From positions 78,926,001-78,990,000 of the forward strand of contig JBNRSN020000014.1 in the NCBI GenBank assembly GCA_051313645.2: DNA of 64,000 bases. Direction: 5' to 3'. Shown in pieces: positions 61,170 to 64,000 of the stretch (positions are counted from its first letter, which is position 1; each line of letters starts with the position of its first letter). The stretch is from Centroscyllium fabricii. Its lineage: Eukaryota. The translations under genes and the position numbers were made by a program. The notes below the pieces were generated by a model that was given only the letters and a program-made list of their open reading frames with translations, did not search any database and was not told the DNA's origin.

Positions 61170-61469
61170 CAGGAAACTCTTTTTTCTATCCGGCACCGAT
61201 GGGACCGGCGTGGTGCCGGTTGATCAAAAAGTCCGGATTAAAGAGAGGTATACTTAACAAGGTACGAGAACCCCGTACACGGCCACAGGTGCAGGATCCC
61301 CGGTTACACAGCCACAGATCCAGGAGCCCCGGTTACACAGCCACAGGTGCAGGAACCCCGGTTACACGGCCACTAATATATAGTAAAACTTATCTGGACC
61401 TACTCCTGAATTTTGCCGGTTAAGAGAGATTTCCAGATATTTAGGTGCCAGTTAAAAGAGAGTTTCCTG
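61170..61469. mobile_element. Tc1/mariner (Tigger-like) MITE family B, copy 2
   Basis: TA|CAGGAAACTCT ... AGAGTTTCCTG|TA with an internal 30-bp tandem repeat. Confidence 0.82.
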
Positions 61470-61718
61470 TATATGGGCATTGTTACCTGTTAACAGTATT
61501 TTCTCAAAGCTTTCTCCCATAATCTGTGTTAAGCATTACCTAAGCAGATCTGGTTTCAGGAAAGTTCTGCTCATTTCACTACTGTGAAGTCCATCATACT
61601 GAGATGTACCCTGCACTTGTATATTTCTGAATTGCAATTGAGGCTGTTTATATATGTGCTTGAAACAAATGTGATGTAAGTAGAGGAAAATGGTCAAACG
61701 GAGTGTCTTCTGTACCAG

Positions 61719-61903
61719 GTGCAATCGATATGGCAGCTAAATCAGCAGGCATAATTCCAGGCAGCCCGGTCCAGGCCCTTGATGCAGACGGATCACAAGA
61801 TTTGACCTCTTTGTCAACAGAAGGAGTTTCCATGGTGACATCAGGCCAGGGTTTATCCTCCGTTCATCAGAATGGAAGCAGCACAGCAGCAACCTCGACA
61901 GGG
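61719..61903 (+). CDS. CRAMP1: CRAMP1 coding exon 15 (SAIDMAAKSAGIIPGSP...STG); gene continues beyond the window
   Basis: ACCAG acceptor, GGG|GTGAGT donor, phase 1 to 0, conserved AIDxAAxSAGI motif. Confidence 0.93.
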
Positions 61904-62139
61904 GTGAGTGTGATTGGACTTTGTGTTCTGTAAGCGGAGTCTTCGTGCCATTCCTTCTGAATGTGGCACTCCAAGCTTCGCTGTATCTCTGAGCCAAATT
62001 CTACGTCTACAGCATACCTCTGATTCATGCAATTACCCAGCGTAAGTTTACTCGCTAATTGCTTGGGACTAGTGTGTGATTGATCTGTGTTTCAGCTTTG
62101 TTGATCCAAGCAGCTGAAACACAATCATGGTACAGCAAG

Positions 62140-62875
62140 TCCAACACCACCTTCAGTGTGCCAGTGCAGCCTTCGGTTGCCTGAGGAAGAGAGTGTTTGA
62201 AGACCAGGACCTCAAACCTGGCACTGAACTCATGTTCTACAAAGCAGTAGTGATACCCGCCCTGCTGTATGCCTGAGAGACGGGGACCATGTACAGCAGG
62301 CACCTCAAAGCACTGGAGAGGTACCACCAACGCTGCCTCTGCAAGATCCTGCAAATCTAAGGCAGGATAGGCGCACCAACGTCCGTGTTCTCGCTCAGGC
62401 CAGCATCGAAGCTTTGACCACGCTCAATCAGCTCTGATGGACGGGTCACACTGTCCGCATGCCCGATACGAGACTCCCAAAACAAGCGCTTTACTCGGAG
62501 CTCCGGCACGGCAAGAGAGCACCAGATGGACAGAGGAAACGCTTCCAGGACACCCTCAAAGCCTCCTTGAAAAAGTGTAACATCCCCACCGACACCTGGG
62601 AATCTCTGGCCCAAGACCGCACAAAGTAAGGGAAGCACCTGGGAAGGCGCCGAACACCTCGTCGAGTCTCTTTTCTGGGAGCAAGCGGAAGCCAAGTGCA
62701 AAGAGCGCACATCAACCCAAGCACCCCACTCACCCGCCCTTTCAACCACCGTCTGCCCCACCTGTGGCAGAGACTGTAGGTCCCGCATTGGACTCATCAG
62801 TCACCTGAGAACCCATTTTTAATGTGGAAGCAAGTCATCCTCGGTTCCGAGGGACTGCCTAAGAAGAAGAGAAGA
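62140..62875 (+). mobile_element. RTE-clade LINE 3' fragment
   Basis: Reverse complement of 10659-11885 without the CR1 insert. Ends GGGACTGCCTAAGAAGAAGAGAAGA. Confidence 0.88.
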
Positions 62876-64000
62876 TTGTACCTATGTTATTCTATTGAGT
62901 TACTGATTGTGGGGGGTGGGAACTTTTCAGCACACACAGTCCCAAGTGAGTAACCTCTGCTTTCCTATATTGTGATAATGCTCAGAAATATTAGGACTTT
63001 CATAGCATCAAACTTTCTTGTACTTGAGACTCACAACTGGTAAGTGGGAGTCACTAGCTTATGTCGAGCCTGCAGTGCCCAGCAGTGTCAGTTTGCAGTC
63101 CTATGTGTATCATTGCCAAGATTCAAAGGGCCTAAAAAGCATCATGTCAAATTGTTGGAGTATTCTTATTTCATATACTTACTTTATAAAGAAAATAGAA
63201 ATGCCCTTTAAGAGGCTGAAAGGATGCAAGATATAAATGTCATCGTCCAATCTAGATCTGGGGCTGGTGACCAAGTCACCTGATTGGTGGAGTAGAGCGG
63301 TTATCTGAGAATCTCTTTCCATATGTAGTGTAAAAACCTCGCACTCTTAAAAAGAACTCGACAAGCCAGATGCCGTAGCTCTTTATTGTGACCATTAAAA
63401 AAATCTTGATGGTTAAAATGAAGGCAGTCATTTACCCCCTCTGATCCTGCTGCCTTCCTGCCGAGTCCTGATCTTAACCTGCTCTTTTGAGCCGGCGAGC
63501 GGGGCACCTGCAGGAAGGAAGCGGCCTCCTTCTGGATATGCTGATCGGGTTCCAGTGATGCCATCGGGACCCGACTGTAACATTAGTTGGAGGCCTGAGT
63601 TGAGGCTGTAATAATTTGTACAGCTCAACGTCTTTAGCAGGTGAGCTATCGGAAACTGCATTCACCCTTGTAGAAGTCATGTCACAAAGGACAATTGAAT
63701 ACAAGTTTATTTGGTGATTGTGAAAGATGCCCTCACTATTGCAAGTTGATAGTCACCAGGAAGTTGAGTTTGCTGTATAAGTGGAAGGCACTTAGTGTTC
63801 CACTGTTCTTTAGTGTATATCCAGTTTATACAACATGTGTAAATTCAACTAAATTAACTAGTTTCATGTATATTTAAAAAGTATTTGAACAAAATACAAA
63901 TGGCATTTAAACTGTCTCAAGCAGCTGAGATATATGGCAAAAAAATTCTTGAAAGTATTTCTTTTTAAGAGAATATGTTGCTCTTTTTACACCCTGTTTT

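Noticed and set aside
63428-63490. Next CRAMP1 coding exon (SFTPSDPAAFLP...)
   Set aside because: Poor pyrimidine tract, and an in-frame TGA at 63488 with no good donor before it.
63440-63700. Telomerase RNA or H/ACA snoRNA identity for the hairpin element
   Set aside because: No CTAACCCT template, and no ANANNA hinge between the first two hairpins.

Overview
Eukaryotic (vertebrate) genomic DNA, very probably a cartilaginous fish, judged from HE1-type V-SINE, Deu-domain SINEs, Penelope and CR1/L2/RTE content. The window holds most of one + strand gene, CRAMP1 (cramped chromatin regulator homolog 1). I reconstructed 15 coding exons by hand (ATG at 2286 to the exon ending 61903; 3168 nt = 1056 codons, all splice phases consistent). 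The 3' exons lie beyond the window. The intron after coding exon 8 (34337-37425) is a U12-type (minor spliceosome) intron. The rest is intron packed with transposable elements: CR1, L2, RTE and Penelope retroelements with minimal hammerhead motifs, tRNA-derived SINEs, and young CpG-rich MITE families (Tc1/mariner-type with TA target duplications, PIF/Harbinger-type with TTA/TAA, hAT-type with 8 bp), plus two minisatellites. The most notable observations are: an unassigned multi-hairpin RNA-like element near 63.45-63.67 kb; MITEs carrying arrays of NRF1- and YY1-like motifs; inverted MITE pairs bracketing exon blocks, one of which would give a stop-free 219-nt circle; and a very long direct repeat flanking an RTE element. 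No prokaryotic systems (CRISPR, operons) are present. TE boundaries without TIR/TSD evidence are approximate.
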